A DNA stretch of 64,000 nt from Orbicella franksi (taxonomy: Eukaryota). Numbering within the stretch: the first letter of the stretch is position 1; every line of letters begins with the position of its first letter. This document shows, in pieces, positions 12,089 to 24,000 of this stretch. Made by a program: the position numbers and the translations under genes. Location: NCBI GenBank assembly GCA_964199315.1, contig OZ116711.1:4960001-5024000 (forward strand). Reading direction: 5' to 3'. The notes under the pieces were generated by a model, which was not told the DNA's origin, ran no database searches, and saw only the letters and a program-made list of their open reading frames with translations.

Positions 12089-15000
12089 CTGTTGATCAAA
12101 GGGAAAAAAGGTTTTAAATTGGGTATTTTGTCGGCCTAGTCGTTAACGGTATCGGTAGCTTTAGTCCGGGGGGAGAGTCCCATATGAAAAGGTCTGGTAT
12201 GCTCGTCGTCTCGTTTAGGATTGTAACTGTAGAGTCTTACCTAGGGTGCCTAGGACGAAACGCCACTGTTTTAAACCGCCGAAGTATCTTTTAGGGTGCT
12301 CTTGAAGAAGTAATAAAAAAAAAACGTTGTCATTTTCGTTTCAAGTGGTATCTTTCAGGGTCAACTAAACCCATATTGGTCACCCTTGGCAGTTTAATTC
12401 AAATTTTCCGAAAAGCATCTCCGACCTTTTCATATGGGAGTGCCCCCTCCCCACCCCCAGGGTTTCAGCATGTCATTCTAATGTTATTCGTATTATGTCA
12501 TGTTATAATCAGCTATCGCGGAAAGAAAAACACTTAAGGTTTAGTTTATATTTAACCTCTAGTCACAGCATTTATTTTCTTGCTTTATAAGAGTCTTAAA
12601 CTTATAACTTAGTTACCTGACACAGAGTACGCTGTTAATGTTGATATGGTTAAGTCGACTGGGTACAATTTCCTTTTACTTTATTTTTGACAAAAAATTG
12701 TAATTTTGCCGCTTTCACTGGAGTTTAATTGTACTTCATATTACAGATTGTCAGCTAAAAAAATGAAAGTTAAGAACACTCATTAAATGCAGTAATTGTT
12801 CCCTCTAAGTTTGTGTGATTTTGATAACTGTCCAAAACAATGCTTACATGGTCAAACACACAGATGTAATTTGTTCAAAAGTTTTAAAACACCTTTTAAA
12901 TGAGCTTCGCGTTACACTGTTCACCAATCTTACCTGTTCGCTGCAGATGGTGCCTGCGATCTGATTGGCCCTGGCCAGTAGCGATCCAAACGTCTTCATG
13001 TAGTACACATGCTTATTTTTGTACGCGATACTTCTCAGTTCGCTCCGGAACGCGCGGCCAACGCCCATGGCGTAAACTTGGACGCCCTTGCGTATGAATC
13101 TTGATGCCATGCGTTTGATAGCGTACGCGCGTCTGCGGTTGGGTGGGCCGCCAGTCATTACGACCAAAACACGCTGGATGTACGTTGGTTCGTTTTTGTA
13201 GAACGTGTCATAAGCGGCTTGAAGGGCGAGATCTAAACGTTTTCCTCCACGATTGATGTACGGCGCTTGGTCGACCGCACGGCGAACAGCTGTGAGGAAA
13301 AAAGGAAAGTTAACCTCTACGATTCTTCTAAACTCATCTTAGAAAATTAAACAGCTTTCATTGAAAGACAACTAAACAATTTTTGGAACCCACGTTACTC
13401 CAACATTCAGTGTCTAATTCATAGAGGATATTAAAACGGCGGTGCAAAGAGACGAATTTAATTTCGAGTGATAAGACAATATTTTCACGAACAAGCGCAG
13501 CGAGCGAGTAAAATACTGTTTTCAATACAGTATGAAATATGTTTCACAAAGAAGACCACTTCATTTACACATACTCAACGTATCAACAGATAGCCATACC
13601 AAATAGAGAGTTGTACTGTCTGAACCTCATCCTCAGTGATGGCAGGTTAGCGTACGTGATCAGACCGATGTGGGACTGGTGCTTAGTGATGGTAAACTTG
13701 CTAGACACAGTCTTGACGAAAGCTTTCTCGAGCTGGAAGTCTCGGCGGGAAACATGGTTTGACGCGTCCATCACAAAGGCCAGATCCAAGGTGACCGGGC
13801 AGCTCTTGATGGCAACTGAGTACGATACAATTTAAGCTGGTGTTAACGACGTTACTGTATTCTTGATGTACATAGCACGCGCTTTTTGATCGTTCAATTT
13901 TAAGGGCCTTATTCCACAGCGCAACTCACTTTCCTCCCAGGGGGTACCCTAGGGGGGTACTCTATGAATCTTTGGGTGGGGGTGTGCGCTGGAACACTGA
14001 AACCCTTACCCTATACTAGACGTTGATCAGCTTGATTTTGCAACCCTAGTCTAGACCTAGACACCAAAAACCCCTACCCTACCCCAGACTAGCTATTTTC
14101 CATGCAAAAACTTTATCACTATCGTAGTACAACATACACTAACTAAACCAATATCTCCGACAAAGTCATTCCGAGTTTCAATTTCTATTACAGAACTGCA
14201 TGTGAAGAACACTGTTAAAGACTAATTTATTTATAAACTGGCCACTTTTCCGGTAAATTATACCCTATCCCAGACTACACTACGTGAAAATCACACCCTT
14301 CACAGCGGCACATACCCAAAGAACTAATATATGGGAATCCCTACACTGGGCGCTTGATTTGAAATGTTTTCATTTTTTCAAAGCGAGAGGTTTGAGAAAG
14401 AACTTATTGATCTTGTTCTTGGTCCGTACACACACAGACTCCCATTTTCTTTCGTTGAATTTATAGCCCTGAAGGTGATATATGTGTCTTTCAACTCCTA
14501 ACGACGACATAACATAATTAGGATTTTATGTTTCAGCGCCATCAATTTATTGGTTGTTTCAAAAATACCAACGATACTGTACACAAAACCTTTACGTGTT
14601 CTTGAAGCTACTGAATGCCAGCATATCAAAAGGCTAAGACATGGACTTTTTTCCGTATGATCGCATAACTTCATTTGTTCTTTTAGTTGTCCTACGAACA
14701 CCACTAAGTCTCTCTCGAAGTCATTTATATGATTTGAATGGGAATACAATTATACGTGCACGATAAAAGTAATATCTGATATGTATTTCGTTTCCGAACT
14801 ACGTCAGGAAGAAGTGACCGACAGAGACCTTATGGAACCCAATTCTACATAACTACAATTGCAAAGCCGAATTCTTAAAACATTTTAAACGGATGCAAAC
14901 TAGAAGGATCTGTTTGAGGGAACGTTAACTGCACACCCAACTAAACCACTGGTAGGTCACTGACTATATAGTAAGAGGCCTTAGGTAAGGAGTGAAGAAT

Positions 15001-18000
15001 GATTGGTAAAAGACGGTTCAAAAGTCTACCTGGTGGTTTGACGGGCGGTCTAATAGGAGGTCTGACGGGCGGTCTGATTGGTGGTCTGACAGGTGGTCTG
15101 ACACGCGGCGGTCTAACAGGTTTAACCGGTTTAACTCTCTCGGCTGTAACAGAGAAAAACAGAATACAAGTTAGCAAAAAGTTTACTGTCCCAAATAATG
15201 CGTATATGATGTCCAATTCCAAGGAAAAGAAGGTTTATAAGGAGGAAGGATTAACTGGGGAAGGGACTAAAGGGCAAGAGAAGAGGAAACAAAGAATTTT
15301 GAGAAGCAACTGACTGGCCACTCTCACCTCTTCTCTTTCCGTAGACCTCAAATCTCATGGAGATGTGTCTGAACCACGTGCGAGGTTTGATTTTCACGTA
15401 GCGTGCGTAGATATGCGGTGTCAGAACGTGTGCCACCACGCTGTTACGGTCATTGTTAGCCGGGAAGATCTGGAAAATAAAAAGAATCCATATTAAGTTT
15501 AACGTTCAAATCATGTGTCACATCCGTAATGATATTGTATCATAGTTAACCAAGCGAAACACTGTGCTGAGTATTTTTTTATGGAGTATCTTTCCTGCTC
15601 AAAAATAATACACTTTTCTCAGTAAAAAAAGGCGCAGTTTGAAACAAGTAGCTTAAATATATCAACTTCAATTCGTCTCAACATTAACCATCTTAGATGT
15701 TCCTCCTGACCTTTCATCCCGCCGGGGGGGAACTGCCATATAAAAAGGACGGGGGTACTCGTCGTTCCTTTTAATTGTTACAGAAGCGGTTTGGGTGCCT
15801 CAAAGAGTGTTCAGCATCAAAAGGTCCACAGCAGGAGCTTTTGCGGTACTTTTTGGGGCATTGAGGCGAAAAAAAATGACGGAAAATAATGTGTTGTTTT
15901 AGAATAGACCATTTTACAGTTGTCTGCTCAGTGACCTGGCCTTTGTATGGCAGCGAGGCTAGAGTTGACCTTGTTTTGATACAGACCTCACTGCTTTTGT
16001 TGTGTAAAACACGTTGTTCTGATGCTAACTAGGTGCATTTACATGACAAAAGCAGTGAGGTCTGTATCAAAACAAGGTCAACTCTAGCCTCGCTGCCATA
16101 CAAAGGCCAGGTCACTGAGCAGACAACTGTAAAATGGTCTATTGGTACCTCTTAGGGGTGAAAACAACTTCAAGCCACGTCCACAAAGTAGGATCTTGGC
16201 CGGTACCTCTTAGTTCTGACGAGCACCCTCGTCTTTTTTATGTGGGATTCCCCCGGGCCTTTCACTCTAGCTCACACCATTACATTAGAGGTTCTTCGAC
16301 ATCGATTGAAGATGAGTTTGTACAAAACCCAAAAACGTTAACTATCCCGACAAAACTCAGTCTTTCAGTTAGTCGTCTTTTCTGTTTGTGTACATTTTTT
16401 TTCTTTGTATATTTACTATCATTCTGTGCCTCCCTACCTTGACTTGTCCACGTTTCGTGTAAGGTCTGAAGGTGTTTCCGTTATTACTGTACTCCACTGA
16501 GTAACTTGTCACCCACTGGTTCATGTCCTGCCGTCCCTGAGTCAGTATGCGTTTGATAATAGTACGCCGTTTGAGATCCACCTGTAAGAAGAGATAAGAA
16601 AAAAACTCTCTTAGTTCATATAAATGCAACAGGGTATCAACTTAAACTCATAACACCAACTGGAATTTAGATGAGACTTTTCACGACTCATTAACTTGGT
16701 TAGGGTAATGAATTTATATCTGAACTCGTGTAAGGTTTATTAAGGTTTAACAGCAAAGCAAAAGGACGCTTCGTGTTTTCAGTCACCTAACAGGAAACTT
16801 TGTAAAAGTCTTTACGGCAGCAGTTTCATTAACGTTTTCAGCAGGGAGGAAACTGGTTTTCATAGGCCGGCGGCTGCTGTTTTGAACTGAAAAACGTTCG
16901 TCTAGATGGCCAAACCAGGCGGGCAAAATCGCCCTCACAGCTAGTCAATTTGCCCGGTACCCGGCCCCCAATGAAACCCCTACATTACGGACATTTAAAA
17001 AAAGCCTTGTTGTGTACCTCTGAAAAGAAATTTTTAGCTCAATTTATTTCGCCAATGACGCTTTCAGTGATTTCTTTGCCATGCCAGAAGCTCTTAACAT
17101 AGGATCAATGACATACTGCAGGTAAAACTAACCATAATATATTGCCGTCGGTTGTTCCTCTTTGCCGACCACGCTCCTCTGTTCCTACCACGTGCCACAG
17201 TGTTCAATCTTCCAAAGCGTGCCCCATGATATTTGTTCCACTCAGATGACGCAGTCAGATAGCGGTCTCGAATCTTACGATCCTCGATACCCAATGGTAG
17301 ATCCTTTCTTGCTGTAGAAACAAATCAAATTTGTATCATGAATGTGAAGCTAATACCGATAACTCGGGAACAAACGGAAAACGCCCGCACTCCAGGCTAG
17401 AAAAATACCACTTACATGCTCGACCTCCATAGAACTCCAGCCTCATTGAAATATGGTTCACCCATGTTCGTGCATACACACGAACAAACCTTGATCTGAA
17501 TGGAGGGTCAAAACTGTTTTCTTTGATGGAGTAGTGATCACGGTTTCCTCGGAACACCTTCAAGAAAATTAACGAAAATGATTCACACAGGCTCGTTTGT
17601 CTTTTTTAGTGCACTAATGTACGCGAGGCCCAGGTTCCTTCATACTTTAAGGAAGCTCAGTCACGTTATTTTAAGTTATTTTGGCCCCGACCAAAATGAC
17701 CTTTGAAGAAAACCTGAAAATAGTAGTTTACTATGATAGAAAAACACCGCTCAGGGATTACTTTGGGAACTGAAGGGGAACCTCCTCTATGTATTCCCTC
17801 GGTGGAGGTCTTGCTTGAGGAAAAAAAACGCTAAGTTTTGATTTTCTTGTTATATCTAATTGTCTATGGTTTCTAGCCTAGCCTTATAATATAACTTTCC
17901 GCTCGGGGATTACTTTGGGAACTGTAGGGGAACCTCCCTTATCTATTCTCCTAGTGAAGGGCCAGCTTGAGGTCTAATTCGTTCATTATTACCTTAAGTC

Positions 18001-21000
18001 TTGAGTTAACTTTAAAAGGTGTCCATCGATATCCGTCAGGACTGTAAGCCACAGCAAAGTTAGTGACATATTGTTTAGCGTCACTTCTGCCCTGACAAGC
18101 AACCTTAGAGATCCTAACAGGCTTCCTGAAGTCAAACTGGATCCATTGTTTACGGTTGTTCTTCTTGGCTGACCATCCTCCCTTGAATCGACCACTTGGT
18201 TTCTGGTTCAGCCTTGCAAGGTGTGCGGCATGGTAACGATCCCACTCACTCGATGCCTTGATGTATTGCTTCTTAACCAGTCCCTTGGAGACACCGAGGG
18301 CCTTCACAACAGGTCTTGGAACTACAAAACAAAGAGAATGATCAGCATCTTATTTTTTTTGTACAATATCCATACAATGTCATGCAGATGGGTACTGAGA
18401 ATATAAAAGATCATAGATCAACTTTTAGCTTAGAACGAAAGTGTCTACCGCGTCCAACGTCCTGTTTTGACTCCCAGAAAGGGTAAAAAACTTGATCAAT
18501 GACAACAAAACACGTACGTGCTGCGACACTACGCTTCAAATTCGTTCTGAACATACAAATACTCCTTATTTGTCTCAACACACTTCTTAAAGTCCTATTA
18601 GGAGAAATTTGTTTCTGGTCACTGTGATCTTGGGGGACCAATCTCCTATCTTGCAAAACTAAATATAGTGGGCTGCTTTCGGTTTTGTGCAAAAATGTTT
18701 ATTATAAATTGAACAAAGTGCATGAAGTAGGCGGTTTGCGTCAGTTTAAACTGAAACATTGGGCAAAGCGCATTTTATATTTCCCTCTCTACGTTCTCTA
18801 TGCCATAAAAATCAGCGTGTCGCAAGTAAATTATCTCATTTCAAAGCATCATCCACTAATTTAAGTCTCCTATAGTTTATTGGTAAAATTTATTGCTGAT
18901 CTTAGTGTTAATTCTATGTACGAAATCGAAATTAAACAAAGCATTCCTTACCAAGGCGACGCCCATAGACCTCGACCCTCATGGAGATGTGCCTATGCCA
19001 TGTGTATGGCACCACACGGAGGTAACGGGCTCGGAGACGACGTGCAAATCGGTGCCGCACTATGGTGTTCCTGTCGCGGTTACCAGTCAAGAGCTGTGAA
19101 AAAATTTGAAGTTTTAGAGTTACAGGAAACTATTGTAAACAAGTTCTCATCTCGCCAAGCAAGTAACAATCCAACAGTAGTATCCTAAACAACTCACCAA
19201 AGTTCTACGACGCACTTGGTACCACCTCCAGCGGACGCCATCAGAACTGTACATGACTTTGTATGTCTTCACCCACTGTCCTAGATCCTGTCTTCCTTGA
19301 GTGGCCATGCCGTACAAAAAGGCTTTGCTTCCGACATCAATCTGCAGCCACTGGGCACGGTTGTTAGCACGTGACGACCACGCCCCTCTGTGCCTGCCTC
19401 GTCTCTGAGCGTTCAGTCTGCAGCGGTGAGGTCCGTGGTACGCGTCCCACCGTGAGGAGGAACTCAGGGCACTGTCTGGGATGCGACGATCCTCTACTCC
19501 CAATGGTAGTCTCTTTGTAACTGAAATATTAGAAAACAGTTTCATTGTATATGGTAGTAAAGGTTAAGTCTGCATACGAGCCAAGTGGCCCATCAGGCCA
19601 GCGCTTATGCCGGTTTCTGTAGCATGAAGCAACTAGCAGTACTTCTACTCCTCCCTGGATGGGATGCTATTCCATCGCAGGTAAACTCCCAGCATTAAGT
19701 TCGCCAGTACCCATTTATACACCTGGGTGGAGAGAGGCGCTGTGAGAGTAAAGTCCTGCCTAAGAACACGACACAATGTTCCTGGTCAGGACTCGAACCA
19801 GGACGGCTCGATACGGAGACGAGCGCACTAACCATGAGGCCACCGGGCCTCTACATTGTACAAACTAGCAGAAGTAATCTCGGGCGGAACGCTAAAGTAC
19901 TGAACTAACAAAGGTCTACTAGATTTATACTTTTGTTTAGTAGTAAATTTGCAAGTGAACTAAACATTCATCGAGTGGCTTGGTTCCAAAGTGTTTTGAA
20001 CATCGTTCATACCTGCATTGCGACCATACAGCTCAATTCTCATAGAGATATGTCCCCGCCAGCTGACAGGCCTGACACGAATTGATGACGCTCGTATGGC
20101 GGGTTGTAGGTAATGACGAACAATTGAGTTTCTGTTAGTATTGGCACGGAATGTCTGCAAATATACAAAGAAAAATCTGTTATTTGATATACATTAATAA
20201 CGAGTTTAGGGTAAGTAAATTTATCACAGTCGTAAGAATAGACAGTGCTGCATGTTTCTAGTTGTCGGCGCTTGAAGGAGCTACAGTACGTCACGGTTTG
20301 CGCTTCTTGAAACGTTAAGCGTAAATTTTTCAAGCTCGTCGTTTGTAATCCGTGTTAATCTTCTCCATGCTTAACCATCCTTCTTCCTTTATGGTTTATT
20401 ATATCTCTATGGTGCTTTTTTATTTTAGTAAACTGTTATTTTCAGGTTTCCCTCAATATAAACGTAACTTTGTACTAGGCCAAAATAACTCAAAATATCG
20501 TGACTGAGCTCCTTTAACTCCAGATTTTGAGCATGAAGCGGCTAGGAGTATTTCTGCTCCCACCTGGAATGGGATACTTGTTCATCGCAGGGTCCCCTCC
20601 CCCCCTTTCAGCATTTTGCAAAAGCACTGTGTCTGAGAGCTCATTAAAGCCCAAAATCTTCGGAGGCGTTTAATGTCCGGCTCAATATGGATGTGCAATA
20701 GCGGAAGCATGTCTAACGTTAAACGTGTCTCGGATTTTTTGTGGGCAAACGCCGCTGGAAATCTCAACAAACCTTAGTGACTCCCAGCTGTTTGTAATAC
20801 ACATAGTGAGTCTTGTCCATGCTGAACGTAAGGCGGTATTTTGTCACCCACTGGTTCATGTCTTCTCTTCCTTGGGAGGCAATGGCCACAATTTTCTTGG
20901 GTCTCTTGAAACACACTTCTAACCATTGGAAGCGGTCGTTGATTCGTGACGACCACGCTCCTCTGTACCTGTTAGATAAAGATATGAAAGTTATTGTAAG

Positions 21001-24000
21001 GTAGAGGAAAATAACAGCGTTTGCTTTATTTTCAGGTTCAAGACTTTCTTTCGTAATTCATCTCAATCTTCCCCAATCTTCCCCCATCCTTGCTTCTTTT
21101 TGGTTTGTTTTTACCTCTTTGATATTTTTCAACCGTAGTAAATTATTAATTTGAACTTTTCTTCGATTGGAAAGAAATTTTGTCCCCACGTCACAAGAGA
21201 TAACTGAACACTTAATTGCGACATAACTTTTTGACTACCCATTAACAAAAGCTGCACCATTTTTACCACCTTAAGTTTTACCTTACGACTAAAGTGTCGT
21301 CAAGGGTATGTATAAAATAGTCATACTAGTAATCGCTTTGCTGATTTAAAAAAATAAATAAATAAATAAATAAAAAAGAATGATGTTTGTACCCGGCTTG
21401 TCGCTTGACGTTCAGCCTCGCCCGCCAAGCTGCGTGGTATTTGTCCCAAATAGACGAAGCTCTGACAGCATGGTTTCTTATACGACCGTTCTCCATTCCA
21501 AGAGCTCGGAGTCGAGGCTTAATGATTCCTTAGAAAGAGATTGCAAGGGCAACATCATAAGAAATGCCAAGAAAAACAAATTTTTGTCAGTAGTGTAAGT
21601 ATAAGCTGAGTATTGCAAGTGGCGTAAGTAGTCGTATTGTATTGTAAGTAGTGCAAGTAATGGTAAGTACTAGAAAAGAAATGCGAAGATATAGTTAAGA
21701 GAATTAACTGAATTGTGGGGAAACTGCGATAACTCCGAAATGCCTTGAACAGACTACGCTAATCAAAAAGAATTAGAAACCAGGAATAACAACAAAAAAG
21801 AAACTTACATTTGCCTCCAATTTTAACGCGGAGCCTTTCAAGGATGTGCAACGAAAGCTCAAAATTGCTCACATACAGTTTGCATCACAAAGATATTGTG
21901 GTAACATATCCAATCCCAAAATTAACTTGACAATATACTACCATGAAAATCACTTGACCAATTCAAATGCGCACTCAGTTACAACAATCGGTGAAGGATT
22001 GTGAAGTGTAATTTTGACATCAAATTTAACCCCATAAACCCAGACAATATAGCTCTCAGCAAAACACTAATGACGTACCTGGTCGGCGTCCATAGAATCC
22101 AACTCTCATAGAGATATGTCCGTACCATGACACCACAACGATTCTGATGTACCTGGCGCGGATGGGAGGACGCAGTGGATTCGTGACGATACTGTTCCTA
22201 TCACTGTTTCCACGGAATATCTGACAAAAAGAGAACGTTTATCAACTTCGACTGGATGTGCCACAACAAAAAAATCTCAGTGACATGACAAGCAAGGCGT
22301 TTGCTGTGAGTTACAAAATAAATGCTATGCATAAACAAGAACCTTGACCAATATTCACGGAGTCATGAAAATCAAAATTTAAAGTTGTAAAACACTCCAA
22401 AATGGGTCAGATATGTTTGCTAGTGAAAAAAACCTCAACAGTATTTTGATGCAAATATTCGAGCTTCCCATTTAGATTGTAGTGAGTCAGTGAACGTTCT
22501 CGTTCGAAGGAATCATCGTTTTAACACCTTATTCCATAAAAACAGTGAATAAGAAAAGACAAAACTGTTTACAGAAAGATAAGGAACCGTAACGTTAGAT
22601 AATGTTGTTACAATCTTCCGAAAGGCTGCTGCTTTTTCAGTCTCATTTTACTGCTAATAACGGCGCCCTCTGTACAGTGAATCGAACAGGATTTTCCTCG
22701 CGTCGGTTCGCCGATCTTTACGCTTTATTCCTAACGAAAACTTACTAAAACCTCCAGACCACGCCCCAGGGTGAACGCTGTATAAGTTTCCACTGTGTCT
22801 GCAGACTCACCTTAACTCGCCCGCCTTTCTTATAAGGTATAAACCGAACTCCGTCATTTCCAAACAACAGCTTATAACTGGTGACCCACTGGTTTGCATC
22901 CTGTCGTCCCTGTGTTCTTATCGCTGTTATCAGAGTCGGGCTTCCGAAGTTGAACTGTAAGAACTGACGCCTGTCATTCTTCTTTGCTGACCAGGCTCCC
23001 TTATTTCGGCCTCGGGCTTGGTTATTCAGTCGTCCGAGCCAGGGGGCATGGTAACGATTGTATGTAGAGGAGGCAGTGACGTAACTGTTTGGAATCTTGC
23101 CGTCTTCGACTCCGATTGGCACAGAATTACGAGCTGATAAAAAAAGTTGGAAAAGAATTTTAAGACTCTCTTGGTTCACTGTTTTAGAATTGAAACAACT
23201 TGGGCAACTCACTCAAGTTACTGAAATTACCTTTATCTGTAAGTAAAGTTCTTATCAAGATTGTTTTATCAAATTAATTCCTAAATTTTGTCATGTTGGG
23301 TGTCTAACAGAGATGTCTGCTAGCAGGTACTTACAGATTTTCCTGACGTAGAACTCAGCTCTCATAGATATGTGTCCAACCCATGTCCACGGGTGAATAC
23401 GTACATATCGGGCCCGGAATGGAGGGATAAATAAGTTCTCCTTCAGTGTGTTCCGGTCTTTGTTTCCAGGGAAAATCTGAAACAAGGCAAAAACACGAAC
23501 AAAATTGTTACTATGGGTAGATACTACACTGCAAGACATTATTCAGTTACTGAATGAAGTGGTGTGTCATAGCTGGAGCTATTAAGAGCTAAGTTCGCAT
23601 TCACAATCCTAAAAGAGGGAATTAAGCACACAACTAAATGGCCTATTGATCTCGCGCACGATTGTCGTATACTAAAACAGAAGTAATCAAACCATGCCAT
23701 TGGCAAAAGAAACGCATTAATAAGCAAAAACACACCACACCAAGTTTATAAGGAAAAAAATACAAACGGAGCACAATCCTTTTAATCCCTTACCTTGACT
23801 CTTCCGTATTTCTTGTACCGTATCCACCGATATTTATCCTGACTGTACGAAATAATAAAGCTTGTGACCCACTGTTTGGCATCATATCTTCCCTGTGTAA
23901 CCACTTTAACAACCTTTCTAGGCTTTTTAAGATCAAACTGGAGATACTGGCGGCGATTGTTCTTCCTCGCTGACCAGCCTCCACGGTATCGTCCTGTGAC

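Noticed and set aside
14999-15313. Plus-strand ORF with GGLTGGLIGG repeats, resembling a glycine-zipper protein
   Set aside because: It is the antisense shadow of the RPP[VI] linker exon.
21575-21680. Cluster of gtaagt 5'-splice-site-like motifs
   Set aside because: They lie on the strand opposite the gene within a low-complexity tract.
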